DNA from: an uncultured Chloroflexia bacterium
Lineage (GTDB): Bacteria > Chloroflexota > Anaerolineae > B4-G1 > SLSP01
Assembly (NCBI GenBank): GCA_963751345.1
Contig: CAVVUS010000030.1
Coordinates: 96,001 to 160,000 of the forward strand
Length of the DNA stretch: 64,000 nt
Reading direction: 5' to 3'
The notes beneath the pieces are model-generated. The model did not search any database. It saw only the letters and a list, made by a program, of their open reading frames with translations, and was not told the origin of the DNA. Positions 1 through 9,045 of this stretch are shown here, one piece after another; positions within the stretch are counted from its first letter, which is position 1, and the number at the start of each line of letters is the position of its first letter. A program made the translations under genes and the position numbers.

Positions 1-358
1 GCATCAACGCCATACCGACGGCAGTGATCGTGCCGAAGGTGATAAACAACACGTTGAGAAAGAGGGTATTGCGCACAATGCGCCAGAGAACGGGCGAGCC
101 AAAAAGCAGACGGAAATTGTCCAATCCCACCCAAGGGCTGAAAAATCCGGTCTGTGCTCGGAAATCCTCGAAAGCCACAACGATCCCGAACATAGGGACG
201 TACTTGAGCAGGAAAATCAGCGCGACGCCCGGCAGCGCCAGTAACAATATCAACCGGCTCCTGTAAAGACTACGCAGCAGTTGCCAGATGGGGCCCTGTT
301 TTGGCTGAGGTGTCGGGGTTGTCAGTTGGCCTGGCCTCGATCTCGATAGTTGGATCAT
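1..358 (-). CDS. Carbohydrate ABC transporter permease, LplB-like (5' part; runs off the window)
   Basis: Manual translation from ATG at 358: MIQLSRSR...LLLALPGVALIFLLKYVPMFGIVVAFEDFRAQTGFFSPWVGLDNFRLLF...IVRNTLLLN. The PWVGLxNF motif is typical of sugar ABC permeases. Confidence 0.85.
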   Translation of the reverse strand, partial: MIQLSRSRPGQLTTPTPQPKQGPIWQLLRSLYRSRLILLLALPGVALIFLLKYVPMFGIVVAFEDFRAQTGFFSPWVGLDNFRLLFGSPVLWRIVRNTLFLNVLFITFGTITAVGMALM

Positions 359-439
359 ATCTGGAGTCACCTTTGGTGATATGAGTATAGGGCAAGCGAA
401 ACAGGAAACTGGGAGAAATCCGGCACAAACCGACAGAGG

Positions 440-468
440 TTGAACCCTCGCTATCTATCCAGTATAAT
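440..468 (+). promoter_or_regulatory. Putative sigma70-type promoter
   Basis: TTGAAC-N17-TATAAT upstream of the ATG at 525. Confidence 0.55.
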
Positions 469-524
469 CGACCTTGACTCGGATTTGGTATGGAAATCGG
501 ACAGCCACAGGACAGCTAGCGGAC

Positions 525-1802
525 ATGGCAGAACAACAGGACACGGATTTGTTCGAGGAGGAGCTGCGCCATGCGCTACAGTCTCTGTACGATCCATCCG
601 AACTCCGCAAGAGCCGGTTGCTTGGCCTTCTCCAACTCGATGATGGACACAGCCCCCTCACGCAAGTTCGGCGAGCGCTGGCCGAGTCCATCGAGGCGCT
701 TCACCCGGAGAGCCACGTCCCCCCTGATGCCGCCGCCTGGCGCATCTACAACGTCCTCACGTATCGCTACATTGAGCAGTTGGGCCAAAGGGAGGCCGCT
801 GCCGATCTGTGTCTGAGTGTACGGCAATTGCGTCGTGACGAACACGCCGCGATACGAGTCCTGGCCGATCACCTCAGGCATCGATTCAACATCCGGCCCG
901 AAACACCCCAGGCGGACGACGGGATGGCAGGCAAATCGGACACCTTTCTCACCGGAACAAAGCAGGAACTGGATTGGCTGCGCCTCACCTTTCCCCAGGA
1001 GACCGTCAGCGTCCACACAATCATCGAAACTGCCCTGGCTACGGCGGCCCCCTTGATCAATGCCTCGCGCGTTAAGGTCAGCTATGACCTTCCGCCGGAT
1101 CTTGCGCCTGTCGTAGGGCAACTGAATACGGCCCGCCAGGCGCTTCTCAACGTCTTATCCGCCACTGTGCCGGCAGCGGCAGGCGGGGAAATCGAGATCA
1201 AGGCAGCAGAACTTCGAGACCGATCGCAACAGACCGAACTCACCATCTGCGCACAGCTAGAGGACGGCACGCCGGTCACGAAAGACGTACAGATGGCCGA
1301 GGCGTTTGCGGTCAGCCGGCAGCTTCTGGCGTTAGCGGGCGGTGCCTTGCGGATCGACAATGCCTGCTGCGAATGCCTCGTCACGCTCTCCCTTCCAACG
1401 GCACTTCCACAACGGGTACCCATTCTCGTGGTGGACGACAACGTCGATACCCTCCAGCTATTCCGCCGCTATCTTGCGGAGAACGCCTTTGACCTCGTCA
1501 GCGTTTCAGATCCCGAGATGGCCCTAAGTCGGGCGGTTGACGTTCAGCCCGACATCATCGTCCTCGACGTCATGTTGCCGGGTATCGATGGGTGGGAACT
1601 GTTGGGCCGGCTCCGGGAACATCCCGATACCCGCGAGATTCCCGTCATCATCTGCACCATCCTGCCCCAGGAGAAACTCGCCATGGCCCTGGGCGCGGCG
1701 GGTTTCCTGCAAAAGCCCTTCAGTCGGGAATCCTTGTTTGCCGTTCTGGCCGATCTGGTAGATCAGACGGACTCTCCCGAGTCCCTGATGGAACAGCCAT
1801 AG
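525..1802 (+). CDS. Response regulator: N-terminal HTH-type domain, degenerate HATPase-like middle, C-terminal receiver domain
   Basis: The receiver has ILVVDDN, IVLDVMLPGIDGW and FLQKPF. The N-terminus has an HTH-like segment (QREAAADLCLSVRQLRR). The middle resembles HATPase_c (RQALLNVL, GGEIEI, SRQLLALAGG) without intact G boxes. ATG at 525 preferred over TTG at 474. Confidence 0.8.
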   Translation: MAEQQDTDLFEEELRHALQSLYDPSELRKSRLLGLLQLDDGHSPLTQVRRALAESIEALHPESHVPPDAAAWRIYNVLTYRYIEQLGQREAAADLCLSVRQLRRDEHAAIRVLADHLRHRFNIRPETPQADDGMAGKSDTFLTGTKQELDWLRLTFPQETVSVHTIIETALATAAPLINASRVKVSYDLPPDLAPVVGQLNTARQALLNVLSATVPAAAGGEIEIKAAELRDRSQQTELTICAQLEDGTPVTKDVQMAEAFAVSRQLLALAGGALRIDNACCECLVTLSLPTALPQRVPILVVDDNVDTLQLFRRYLAENAFDLVSVSDPEMALSRAVDVQPDIIVLDVMLPGIDGWELLGRLREHPDTREIPVIICTILPQEKLAMALGAAGFLQKPFSRESLFAVLADLVDQTDSPESLMEQP

Positions 1803-4014
1803 GATCACCAGGCGTTCGGGGCATGCCGGGGGACAGCATCGTCGTCAGCATCTTCAGCGTGGTCAGAATCTGATTGACGGATAGCCCGTTCGCCGAGGTG
1901 ACGGCGAGCGAATTGCTGACAATCGGATGCCCCAAAGGATCGCGGGCAGAGATCAGGATGATCGGGATATCCTGCCACGGAGCACCTTCCCTCAGCCTGA
2001 GGAACTCAAATCCATCCATCTCCGGCATCGTCAAGTCCAGTAGAATCACGTCGGGAAGCTGTTGTTGGAGGATCCCGATGGCCTGATGGCCATTCCGCGC
2101 CCGTAGGACCCGATAGGGCCTTTCAGCAGATGAAAGCATCCGGCGGAAGAGCATTAGAGCTTCACGCTCGTCATCGACAATCAGCACAGTCTCCACCGGG
2201 GGATCAAGCTGCTCCAAAGCCGACAGCAGAGACTCTCGGGAGATGGGCTTTACCAGATATCCGGAAACGCCGAGTTCGTTGACCGCTTGCTCCACCCCGG
2301 GTACCGAACAGACAATGACCGGAACACCGTAGGGCAAACGGGGCTGATTGTGCATTCGCTGAAGCATCTGTCCCACATCCAGTTCGTTGATGAGGAGCGC
2401 CTGACTGGGTGTCGTCGTCAGCGCGCCAATCGCGGCCTCCATTGTCCGAACGGATACCAGGTCAATCCCCTCCAAATGCCTCGCCAGCAGGCGCCGCATG
2501 GCGTCCCCCCGTTCGAGGATGACCCAGCGCGGCTGCACTTGCACCCGGGGGAGCCTGAGCGGACGGGAACGAGGCTCATAGGGGTTGTAGGGGCTCATCC
2601 AGCGCATGAAGCTATCGTCAGAAGGGGACGGTGAAGTGACAGGCAGGCTGAATGAAAAGACCGTTCCCTTCCCTTCCTGGCTCTCGACCCACATCTTTCC
2701 GCCATGAAGCTCGACAAAGCTCCGGCTGATGCTGAGTCCCAGACCCGTCCCACCATAGCGCCGGCGAATCGTGCCGTCCAGTTGCTCAAAGGGCCGGAAG
2801 AGCCGGGCCTGCTGCCCTTCCGGAATCCCAGGCCCGGTATCGGCGATGCTTACCACAAGCTGAGCCCCGTCTTCCCTGACCTTTATCTTGACGCCACCCT
2901 TCTCGGTAAAGCGTCCCGCATTGCTCAGCAAGTTCAGCATCACCTCACGTATACGAATGCGGTCACAGAACACGGGGAGGAGATCCGTGGGCACGTCGAT
3001 GTCAAGGTAGAGCGCTTTCGACTGGTAGAGAGGTCGTACGGCAGTCACTGCCGAGTTCAGGATCTCCTGGAATCCGACGTGCTCGCGGACAAGCGCCATC
3101 TGTCCCGCCTCGATCTGGCTGAGGTCGAGCACATCGTCGACTAACCCCGAAAGATGCTGGCTGTTCCGGAAGACGACATCCAGATCGGCAAGCAGCTTGG
3201 GAGACAGCGACCCACCGTAAGCTTCCGGCGTCTCCATGATCATCTCGCAGAAGCCTACAATCATATTCAGGGGAGTCCGCAACTCGTGGCTCACGTTAGC
3301 CACAAACTGCTCTTTTGTGCGGCGCTCTTCGTCCGCCGTCTGGCGCAATGCCTGGGCGAGCCGATTCAGCCTCATCAACTGAGCATTTGCCTCGGTCAGG
3401 TCCTCCAGGGTCTCGTGCAATTGCTGCTGGTAGGTCCGCGCCTCTTCGAGGCTCTCACGACCGCGCTCGTAGCCAAACCACGCCCATTCCACAGTCCTCA
3501 AGAGTGGGCGCAGCGTCATGACCAACGCACCCTCGATCGACCATATGGTGACTATGGCAATGGCGCGCAGGCCAACGTCCACCGGTGGGAGTGCTCCGGA
3601 TGGCACGACCAGCAAGAGCGTCGCTAACATCGATGCGGTCAGGCCCAGAGGGATGCTGATCAAGATCGTGGCAATGGCAGCCGGCAGCGCGAGAAGACAG
3701 ACCAGAGGGGCATAGGCCGTCCAATGGATGATGAGCCCCAACAGAGCGGCGGAACCCAGGGTGAGCAGCCAGGCTGCCGCATCGTTCCGCCAGCGACGGG
3801 CAAAAAAGGCAAGCGTCACCACCGCAAATGCCAGGGCTGCAGAGACCAGGCTCCGCCCGACGGCAAGGAGTTCGTCAGGCACCCGCAGCAGCAGCACCCC
3901 GATGCATGCGATGGCGACCATCACAGCATAGAGCGCATCTGTTTGGAGTTGTTGAAGGCGCGCTTCCAACTCAGCCGTCAGGTCGGGAGCAGGAGGCGCA
4001 GACTCTGTGGTCAT
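1720..4014 (-). CDS. Membrane hybrid sensor histidine kinase (TM-HisKA-HATPase-REC-REC)
   Basis: H-box FVANVSHELRTPL, N-box NLLSNAGRF, DTGPGI, GGTGLGLSI, and two receiver-like domains (the second has LLDLTMP). Its 3' end overlaps the convergent regulator by 83 bp. Confidence 0.92.
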   Translation of the reverse strand: MTTESAPPAPDLTAELEARLQQLQTDALYAVMVAIACIGVLLLRVPDELLAVGRSLVSAALAFAVVTLAFFARRWRNDAAAWLLTLGSAALLGLIIHWTAYAPLVCLLALPAAIATILISIPLGLTASMLATLLLVVPSGALPPVDVGLRAIAIVTIWSIEGALVMTLRPLLRTVEWAWFGYERGRESLEEARTYQQQLHETLEDLTEANAQLMRLNRLAQALRQTADEERRTKEQFVANVSHELRTPLNMIVGFCEMIMETPEAYGGSLSPKLLADLDVVFRNSQHLSGLVDDVLDLSQIEAGQMALVREHVGFQEILNSAVTAVRPLYQSKALYLDIDVPTDLLPVFCDRIRIREVMLNLLSNAGRFTEKGGVKIKVREDGAQLVVSIADTGPGIPEGQQARLFRPFEQLDGTIRRRYGGTGLGLSISRSFVELHGGKMWVESQEGKGTVFSFSLPVTSPSPSDDSFMRWMSPYNPYEPRSRPLRLPRVQVQPRWVILERGDAMRRLLARHLEGIDLVSVRTMEAAIGALTTTPSQALLINELDVGQMLQRMHNQPRLPYGVPVIVCSVPGVEQAVNELGVSGYLVKPISRESLLSALEQLDPPVETVLIVDDEREALMLFRRMLSSAERPYRVLRARNGHQAIGILQQQLPDVILLDLTMPEMDGFEFLRLREGAPWQDIPIILISARDPLGHPIVSNSLAVTSANGLSVNQILTTLKMLTTMLSPGMPRTPGDPMAVPSGTRESPSDLPDRPERQTRIPD

Positions 4015-4080
4015 CGGACGCTCAGTTCTCCACCGGCGAATGAAAGGCAACGGCCCGAGCATAAGCCCGGGCCGCCTAGG

Positions 4081-4153
4081 CTGGGGCGGTAGGATTCGAA
4101 CCTACGATACACGGATTCAAAGTCCGTTGCCTTGCCAACTTGGCCACGCCCCA
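4081..4153 (-). tRNA. tRNA-Gln (anticodon UUG); CCA not encoded
   Basis: The reverse complement TGGGGCGTGGCCAAGTTGGCAAGGCAACGGACTTTGAATCCGTGTATCGTAGGTTCGAATCCTACCGCCCCAG folds as a cloverleaf with a TTG anticodon and GGTTCGAATCC T-loop. Confidence 0.96.
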
Positions 4154-4164
4154 ACACTGATTCC

Positions 4165-4192
4165 ATTATACCGTAGGATCTGGCAGCGACAA
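4165..4192 (-). promoter_or_regulatory. Putative promoter of tRNA-Gln
   Basis: Minus strand TTGTCG-N16-TATAAT, ending 11 nt before the tRNA 5' end. Confidence 0.55.
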
Positions 4193-4199
4193 GCGACAA

Positions 4200-4247
4200 T
4201 CGAGCTCCGCGGTCTCAGTTCATAGGTGTCGAGCTCCGCGGTCTCAG
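4200..4247. repeat. Two exact 19-bp direct repeats TCGAGCTCCGCGGTCTCAG (period 29)
   Basis: Copies at 4200-4218 and 4229-4247, each followed shortly by ATAGGTG. Confidence 0.8.
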
Positions 4248-5482
4248 CTAGCGATAGGTGGCGATGCACTCCAGGCTTGATCCGCATCGGCATCGCGCAC
4301 CACCGCGGGGACCGATCGCCAACCGAGTTGCTTGCACGCTGCAACCCGCATGTGACCGACTACGACCCGATAGGCCCCACCCGGCACCGGGCTGACGACA
4401 ACAGGTTGGATCAGCCCCTCGGTCTTGATCCGCTCGGCCAGGTCGTCGATCTCGTCCTCGTTGGCCCTGAGATAAGCTTTGTCTTCCTCGCCAAAGACGA
4501 TCTCGCTGAGCTGCAAGTCGATGGTGGCCTTGGACTGCTCGGCCTCACCGAAGCGCGCCGAGGCCTGCACACCCTTACGAAACGAGTAGATATAGGGAAT
4601 CGCGAAGTCAATCTGCGCGTTCTCCTGGAAGCCCTGGAAGATCAGCTTGATGATCTGATAGCTGATCCGGGGGCGATCCGTCGCGCTGGTCGTATAACGG
4701 AGTCGCATATAGATGCCGTAATCGTACATATCCGCGCGGACGTATGGCTCATGCCCCGTCTGCTCAATGATGTTCGCAGTCACCTGACGCGCAGCCGAAA
4801 GAAGGATCTCCTCGGCCAAATCCCAGTTCGTGTCATACGTGATACGGATCACCACCTCATCCAGAATGAAGGCGGCATCCTGCCGCGCCGTGTAATTGAT
4901 CACCACATTGCTGAAGAGCATAGCGTTGGGAATCAAAATCGGCCGGCCGACCGCCTCTTCGCTGCCCACCGCCCCGCCTACCTGGTTGAGCTCGGTGTAC
5001 ATCGGGCTCAAGTTGACGACATCCCCAACCAGGCCCAGGGAGGGCAGTTGGATGCGATCGCCGACCCGGAAGGGCCGCTTCAGCGAGATCATGATCCAAG
5101 CCGCCATACCGCTGACCGGTGCCTGCAGGGACCAACCCAGAAGTAGGCCGCTGAACGCTCCCACTGCCGTGCCAACGGTTTGGAGCTGACCGAAAAACGC
5201 GAGGAGCAAGGCGATCACAGCAACACCCGCGACAAGGCGGAGAACGCCGGAGAGCATCGTAACCTCCCCGGGGGCCCCCTTCTTGACGTGCACGCTCCCC
5301 TTGATCATCAGTACACCCAATTGATACCCCGCCAGGATCGCGAACAGAAACATTAACCCCTTGCTCAACGAGACCCCATTGGGCAGGGATGCAAATCGGA
5401 TGCCCTGGGCGTCCAAGATGCCAAATAGGGCAGCCAACACACACCACCCCGTGAGTATCAATAGGTTTCGCTTATAGCGCAT
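4244..5482 (-). CDS. MscS-family mechanosensitive channel with C-terminal ParB/Srx-like domain
   Basis: TM helices followed by the MscS core (KRPFRVGDRIQL, GDVVNL, IPNAML..VINYT, IDFAIP). The C-terminus LAERIKTEGLIQPVVV..YRVVVGHMRVAACKQLGWRSVPAVVR matches the ParB N-terminal pattern. AAGGAG RBS before the ATG at 5482. Confidence 0.85.
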   Translation of the reverse strand: MRYKRNLLILTGWCVLAALFGILDAQGIRFASLPNGVSLSKGLMFLFAILAGYQLGVLMIKGSVHVKKGAPGEVTMLSGVLRLVAGVAVIALLLAFFGQLQTVGTAVGAFSGLLLGWSLQAPVSGMAAWIMISLKRPFRVGDRIQLPSLGLVGDVVNLSPMYTELNQVGGAVGSEEAVGRPILIPNAMLFSNVVINYTARQDAAFILDEVVIRITYDTNWDLAEEILLSAARQVTANIIEQTGHEPYVRADMYDYGIYMRLRYTTSATDRPRISYQIIKLIFQGFQENAQIDFAIPYIYSFRKGVQASARFGEAEQSKATIDLQLSEIVFGEEDKAYLRANEDEIDDLAERIKTEGLIQPVVVSPVPGGAYRVVVGHMRVAACKQLGWRSVPAVVRDADADQAWSASPPIAS

Positions 5483-5716
5483 AGGGTCTCCTTGCATCCG
5501 AACCTCCGCCAACCATGCCGCCGATGCTGCACTAGGTATGATATGCGGCTCGCCGCTTGGGACAAGCTCTCGATGCCCTGATGGCCCTGCGTAGGCTGAC
5601 CGTATGGAACTTCCTGAAGGGGATGTGCGTCTTAGGTAGTGAGAGGCACAAGACAGTCGGCCTCAAACATACAGTGTCTGACACCGTCAGATGAGAGAAA
5701 TATCAGGAGGACAGGA

Positions 5717-6505
5717 ATGAAGAAGTTGCATTGGCCCTTCGCAGGCCTAATCGTAGTGGCTGTGGCCGTCGCACTGAGCGCGTGTGGTTCGCTCTTACCC
5801 CCAGCTACGCTGGCATCCAGTCAGGCTGCACCGCTGGCCGGCGGCGGCACGGCGGCCGTAGTCAACGGGCAGTACCAGGAAGGCGTGGTCGTCTCCGGGA
5901 CGGGTGTGGCCAGCGCGGACCCCGAGATCGCCCAGGTCACCTTTGGAATTGAGCTCCAGGGAGCGAATCCCGACGAGCTCGTCTCGCAGGCCGCAACGAA
6001 GATGGATGCGGCGATGGCGGCAGCGACGAGCTTTGGTATCCTTGAGGACAAGACCCAGACCGTAACCTACAACCTTTGGGTCGAGACCGTCCGCGATCCT
6101 GACACGGGTCGCCCTACCGGAGAGATCGTCTATCACCTGTCCCATCAGGTGCAGGTGACGACGGATCGCATCGGCTCTGTCGGTGAGCTTCTGGCCGGCG
6201 TCGTCGATGCGGGGATGAACGTCGTCAACGGTGTCAACTTCACGCTTCAGGACCCCAGCGCTCTTGAGGAGCAGGCCCGGAACGCAGCGCTGACTGACGC
6301 CCAGGGGAAGGCTCAGCAGATGGCCGATCAACTGGGGATCACGCTCGGTAAGCCGGCCCTGGTGATGGAGACAGGGAATAACGTTCCGGTCTACGCAGCT
6401 CAGGGCATTGGTGGCGGCGCGATGATGGAAGCGGCCGCTCCCAACGTTACACCCGGATCGTTCTCGGTTACGGTGAGTGTGCAGATCGTCTACACCATCC
6501 AATAA
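5717..6505 (+). CDS. SIMPL/DUF541 domain lipoprotein
   Basis: Lipobox ALSACG; VVVSGTGVASADPEIAQVTFGI and ARNAALTDAQGKAQQMADQLGITLG are SIMPL-like; AGGAGG RBS. Confidence 0.88.
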   Translation: MKKLHWPFAGLIVVAVAVALSACGSLLPPATLASSQAAPLAGGGTAAVVNGQYQEGVVVSGTGVASADPEIAQVTFGIELQGANPDELVSQAATKMDAAMAAATSFGILEDKTQTVTYNLWVETVRDPDTGRPTGEIVYHLSHQVQVTTDRIGSVGELLAGVVDAGMNVVNGVNFTLQDPSALEEQARNAALTDAQGKAQQMADQLGITLGKPALVMETGNNVPVYAAQGIGGGAMMEAAAPNVTPGSFSVTVSVQIVYTIQ

Positions 6506-6540
6506 CGGTTGAGCCTGACGCCGATAGCGTGGGACAACAC

Positions 6541-6577
6541 AAGAGGGCCTGCGGTCATCAAGATCGCAGGCCCTTTT
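6541..6577 (+). terminator. Intrinsic terminator
   Basis: Hairpin AGGGCCTGCGGTC/GATCGCAGGCCCT followed by T-tract. Confidence 0.7.
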
Positions 6578-6631
6578 GGTTGGGGCCGACCTGGGCTACA
6601 ATGGCACCCATACCGCACATAAGGAGGCCTT

Positions 6632-7693
6632 GTGATAGTCACACATCTGGAGATCACGCTGCACCGCCGTGAACCGAATCCCAATCCTATCCGCGACGCC
6701 CTGCAGAGTCTGCCCGGTGCCGGTTCGGTCGAGGTCACCGTCCACACGGACACGTCCGTGCACGGTATGGCCATCACCGGCACCGGTGAAGCCGGGTTCG
6801 GCCGCATCGCCGGGGCGCCCGACGCCTTGGCTGCTCTCATCAAGCACGAACTGGAGCCCCTGGTGGTGGGTACCGACCCCGCTTTCGTCACGGCGACGCA
6901 CGAGGCGATGGTACGCGAGACCGAGTATCATGGCACCTTCGGCCTGGCGACCTTTGGCATTGCTGCGATCGATACGGCCCTGTGGGACTGCCAGGGCAGG
7001 GCGCTGGATGTTCCGTGCTGGCACCTATGGGGCGGCGTCCACACGCGAATCCCCGCCTACGCGATGGTCGGTTGGCTCAACTTCGAGGTCGATCGTCTCA
7101 AGGACATCGCGGCGCAGGCCGTAGATCAAGGCTTCCGTGGGGTGAAGATGAAGGTGGGAGCGCCTACTCTCAAGGAGGATGTCGCTCGGGTTGAGGCCGT
7201 GCGCGCCGTCATCGGCGATACCACCGACCTGATGGTCGATGCCAACCAGTCTCTGTCGACCGCAGAGGCCATCCGCCGAGGTCGCGCCTTCCAGGATCTC
7301 GGCTGTCTGTGGTGGGAAGAGCCCATCGCGGCGGACGACGTCGACGGCTACGCGGCACTCGTCCGCGCGCTGGATATCCCTATCGCGACCGGCGAAAACC
7401 TCTATACGCGGGCGGACTTCGCCCGCTTCCTCCGCCGCGATGCGGTGGATGTGATTCAGCCTGACCTGCGTCGCGCCGGGGGCCCTACCGCGATGCTGCA
7501 GGTCGGGACGATGGCAGCGGCATTCCGTCGTTCCTACGCTTCCCACGGCGGCGGCCCCGTGCAGCTCAACGTGATGGCGTCTCTGTCGAATGCGATCTAC
7601 CTGGAGACAGGTCTCATCGGCCCCAATTCGCCCTTCGAGCTTGAAGAGGGGTGCGCCCCGGTGCCGCAGGGGCCGGGGTTTAGCTGGGCGTAG
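6632..7693 (+). CDS. Mandelate racemase/muconate lactonizing enzyme family (enolase superfamily)
   Basis: AIDTALWD, KMKVG (KxK), LMVDANQ, WWEEP, IATGEN, IQPD. Confidence 0.92.
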   Translation: MIVTHLEITLHRREPNPNPIRDALQSLPGAGSVEVTVHTDTSVHGMAITGTGEAGFGRIAGAPDALAALIKHELEPLVVGTDPAFVTATHEAMVRETEYHGTFGLATFGIAAIDTALWDCQGRALDVPCWHLWGGVHTRIPAYAMVGWLNFEVDRLKDIAAQAVDQGFRGVKMKVGAPTLKEDVARVEAVRAVIGDTTDLMVDANQSLSTAEAIRRGRAFQDLGCLWWEEPIAADDVDGYAALVRALDIPIATGENLYTRADFARFLRRDAVDVIQPDLRRAGGPTAMLQVGTMAAAFRRSYASHGGGPVQLNVMASLSNAIYLETGLIGPNSPFELEEGCAPVPQGPGFSWA

Positions 7694-7923
7694 GGAGAGA
7701 ATAAGAGGGGATGAGGAAATCAGGGGATAAGGAGAGCTCGCGGCTTGCCCCCCTTATCCCTATCCGTAAAGTACGCACCCAATGGTCGTAGTCGGGTGTA
7801 AGCCACGGCGGGTCCTCCTCATCGAAGATGTCGGGCCGCATCGCTTTTCGACCGTGTGCTTCGTTCACCATAGGACTGATAGCCGGAAATTGGCAACCCC
7901 GCGAGCGGACTGACCGCCGGAAT

Positions 7924-8814
7924 CTAACCATAGAGCCCGTCGAAGACGATCTGCAGATCGGCGAGCATCCTAGGGTCAATGGGGTGTACCGGACCGCGCA
8001 CCACACTGGTCCGGATGACACCCCGCTGGCGCAGAATCTCCTTGTGGACACTGTAGAACGCGCCCCAACCCTGCTCCGCGACACGGTTAATGGGGACGAT
8101 GTTGCGGTAGAAGACCTCAATGGCTCCCGGCTCATCGCCGGCGCGATACCTCTGCCACAGTTCGACAAAGGCTTCGGGATTGGAGCATCCGGGCATGGTG
8201 CCCTGCGACCCACGACGCAGCTCTTCGATGATGAAGTGCCCACCGGCACCGCCGAAGACCGTGAGGACGTCGGAGGCCGTCCGCACGACCTCATCGACCA
8301 TCACCGGCGTGGGATGGCTCTCCACCTTGATATAGCGCACCTGGGAGCACGCCTCGGCGATGCGCCGCGCCGTACCCGCCGAGACGTGTGCATTGCTCAC
8401 ATCCTGGATAAAGATCGGCAGGTCAACAGCCTCAGCCACAGCCTCGTAGTACGCCACCAGCCCTTCTGCTCCTACGTCGGAGGAAGGAGGGATGATCATC
8501 ACGGCATCGGCCCCGTTTTCCTGGGCCTGACGGCTGTTGTGCACCGTGATCACGGTGCTCGCGCCGCCGGTATTCACGACGACGGGCACCCGACCGGCGA
8601 CGCGCTCGGTCACAGTGCGCGTCACCAACACGCGTTCGGCCTCGGTCAGCATCATCACCTCGCTGCCCAGGGCGATCCCCATCCCGTGTACACCTGCCGC
8701 CAACAGGAAATCCACGAGACTCTGTAGGCTATCGATATCGACACGTTCATCCGTGTCAAACGGAGTCAAAAGGATCGGGAACACGCCTTCCACAGGGTGT
8801 TGGGTCATCACCAT
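7924..8814 (-). CDS. Dihydrodipicolinate synthase (DapA)-like class I aldolase
   Basis: GVFPILLTPF, VAGRVPVVV, GADAVMIIPP, Schiff-base YIKVES; GGAGG RBS before the ATG at 8814. Confidence 0.88.
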   Translation of the reverse strand: MVMTQHPVEGVFPILLTPFDTDERVDIDSLQSLVDFLLAAGVHGMGIALGSEVMMLTEAERVLVTRTVTERVAGRVPVVVNTGGASTVITVHNSRQAQENGADAVMIIPPSSDVGAEGLVAYYEAVAEAVDLPIFIQDVSNAHVSAGTARRIAEACSQVRYIKVESHPTPVMVDEVVRTASDVLTVFGGAGGHFIIEELRRGSQGTMPGCSNPEAFVELWQRYRAGDEPGAIEVFYRNIVPINRVAEQGWGAFYSVHKEILRQRGVIRTSVVRGPVHPIDPRMLADLQIVFDGLYG

Positions 8815-9045
8815 TGATCTCCTCCCAGACGCTGCCCGGATCGTAGTGGCTGTGCAATTGTGGCATCCTAGTGGTCGCACTATAATGTCATGTTATTCAT
8901 ACTTTCGGCATAGGCAAGTTCGCGCTTTCTTGATCTACACTTCATAAAATGGACAATGGCATCGCGAGAGAGTACAATGCCTTGATTCATCCCCTCGGGG
9001 CTCCGCTCCCGATCGAGGGTTCGAGTGGCACAAGGAGATACGCAT

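Noticed and set aside
1-4153. Genomic island integrated at tRNA-Gln
   Set aside because: No integrase and no duplicated tRNA 3' end visible in the window; cannot be excluded beyond the left edge.
4200-4260. 19-bp direct repeats as a mini-CRISPR
   Set aside because: Only two copies with a 10-nt spacer.
7680-7923. Possible small minus-strand ORF (MRPDIFDEEDPPWLTPDYDHW...)
   Set aside because: No clear RBS or recognisable family, and it runs into low-complexity repeats.
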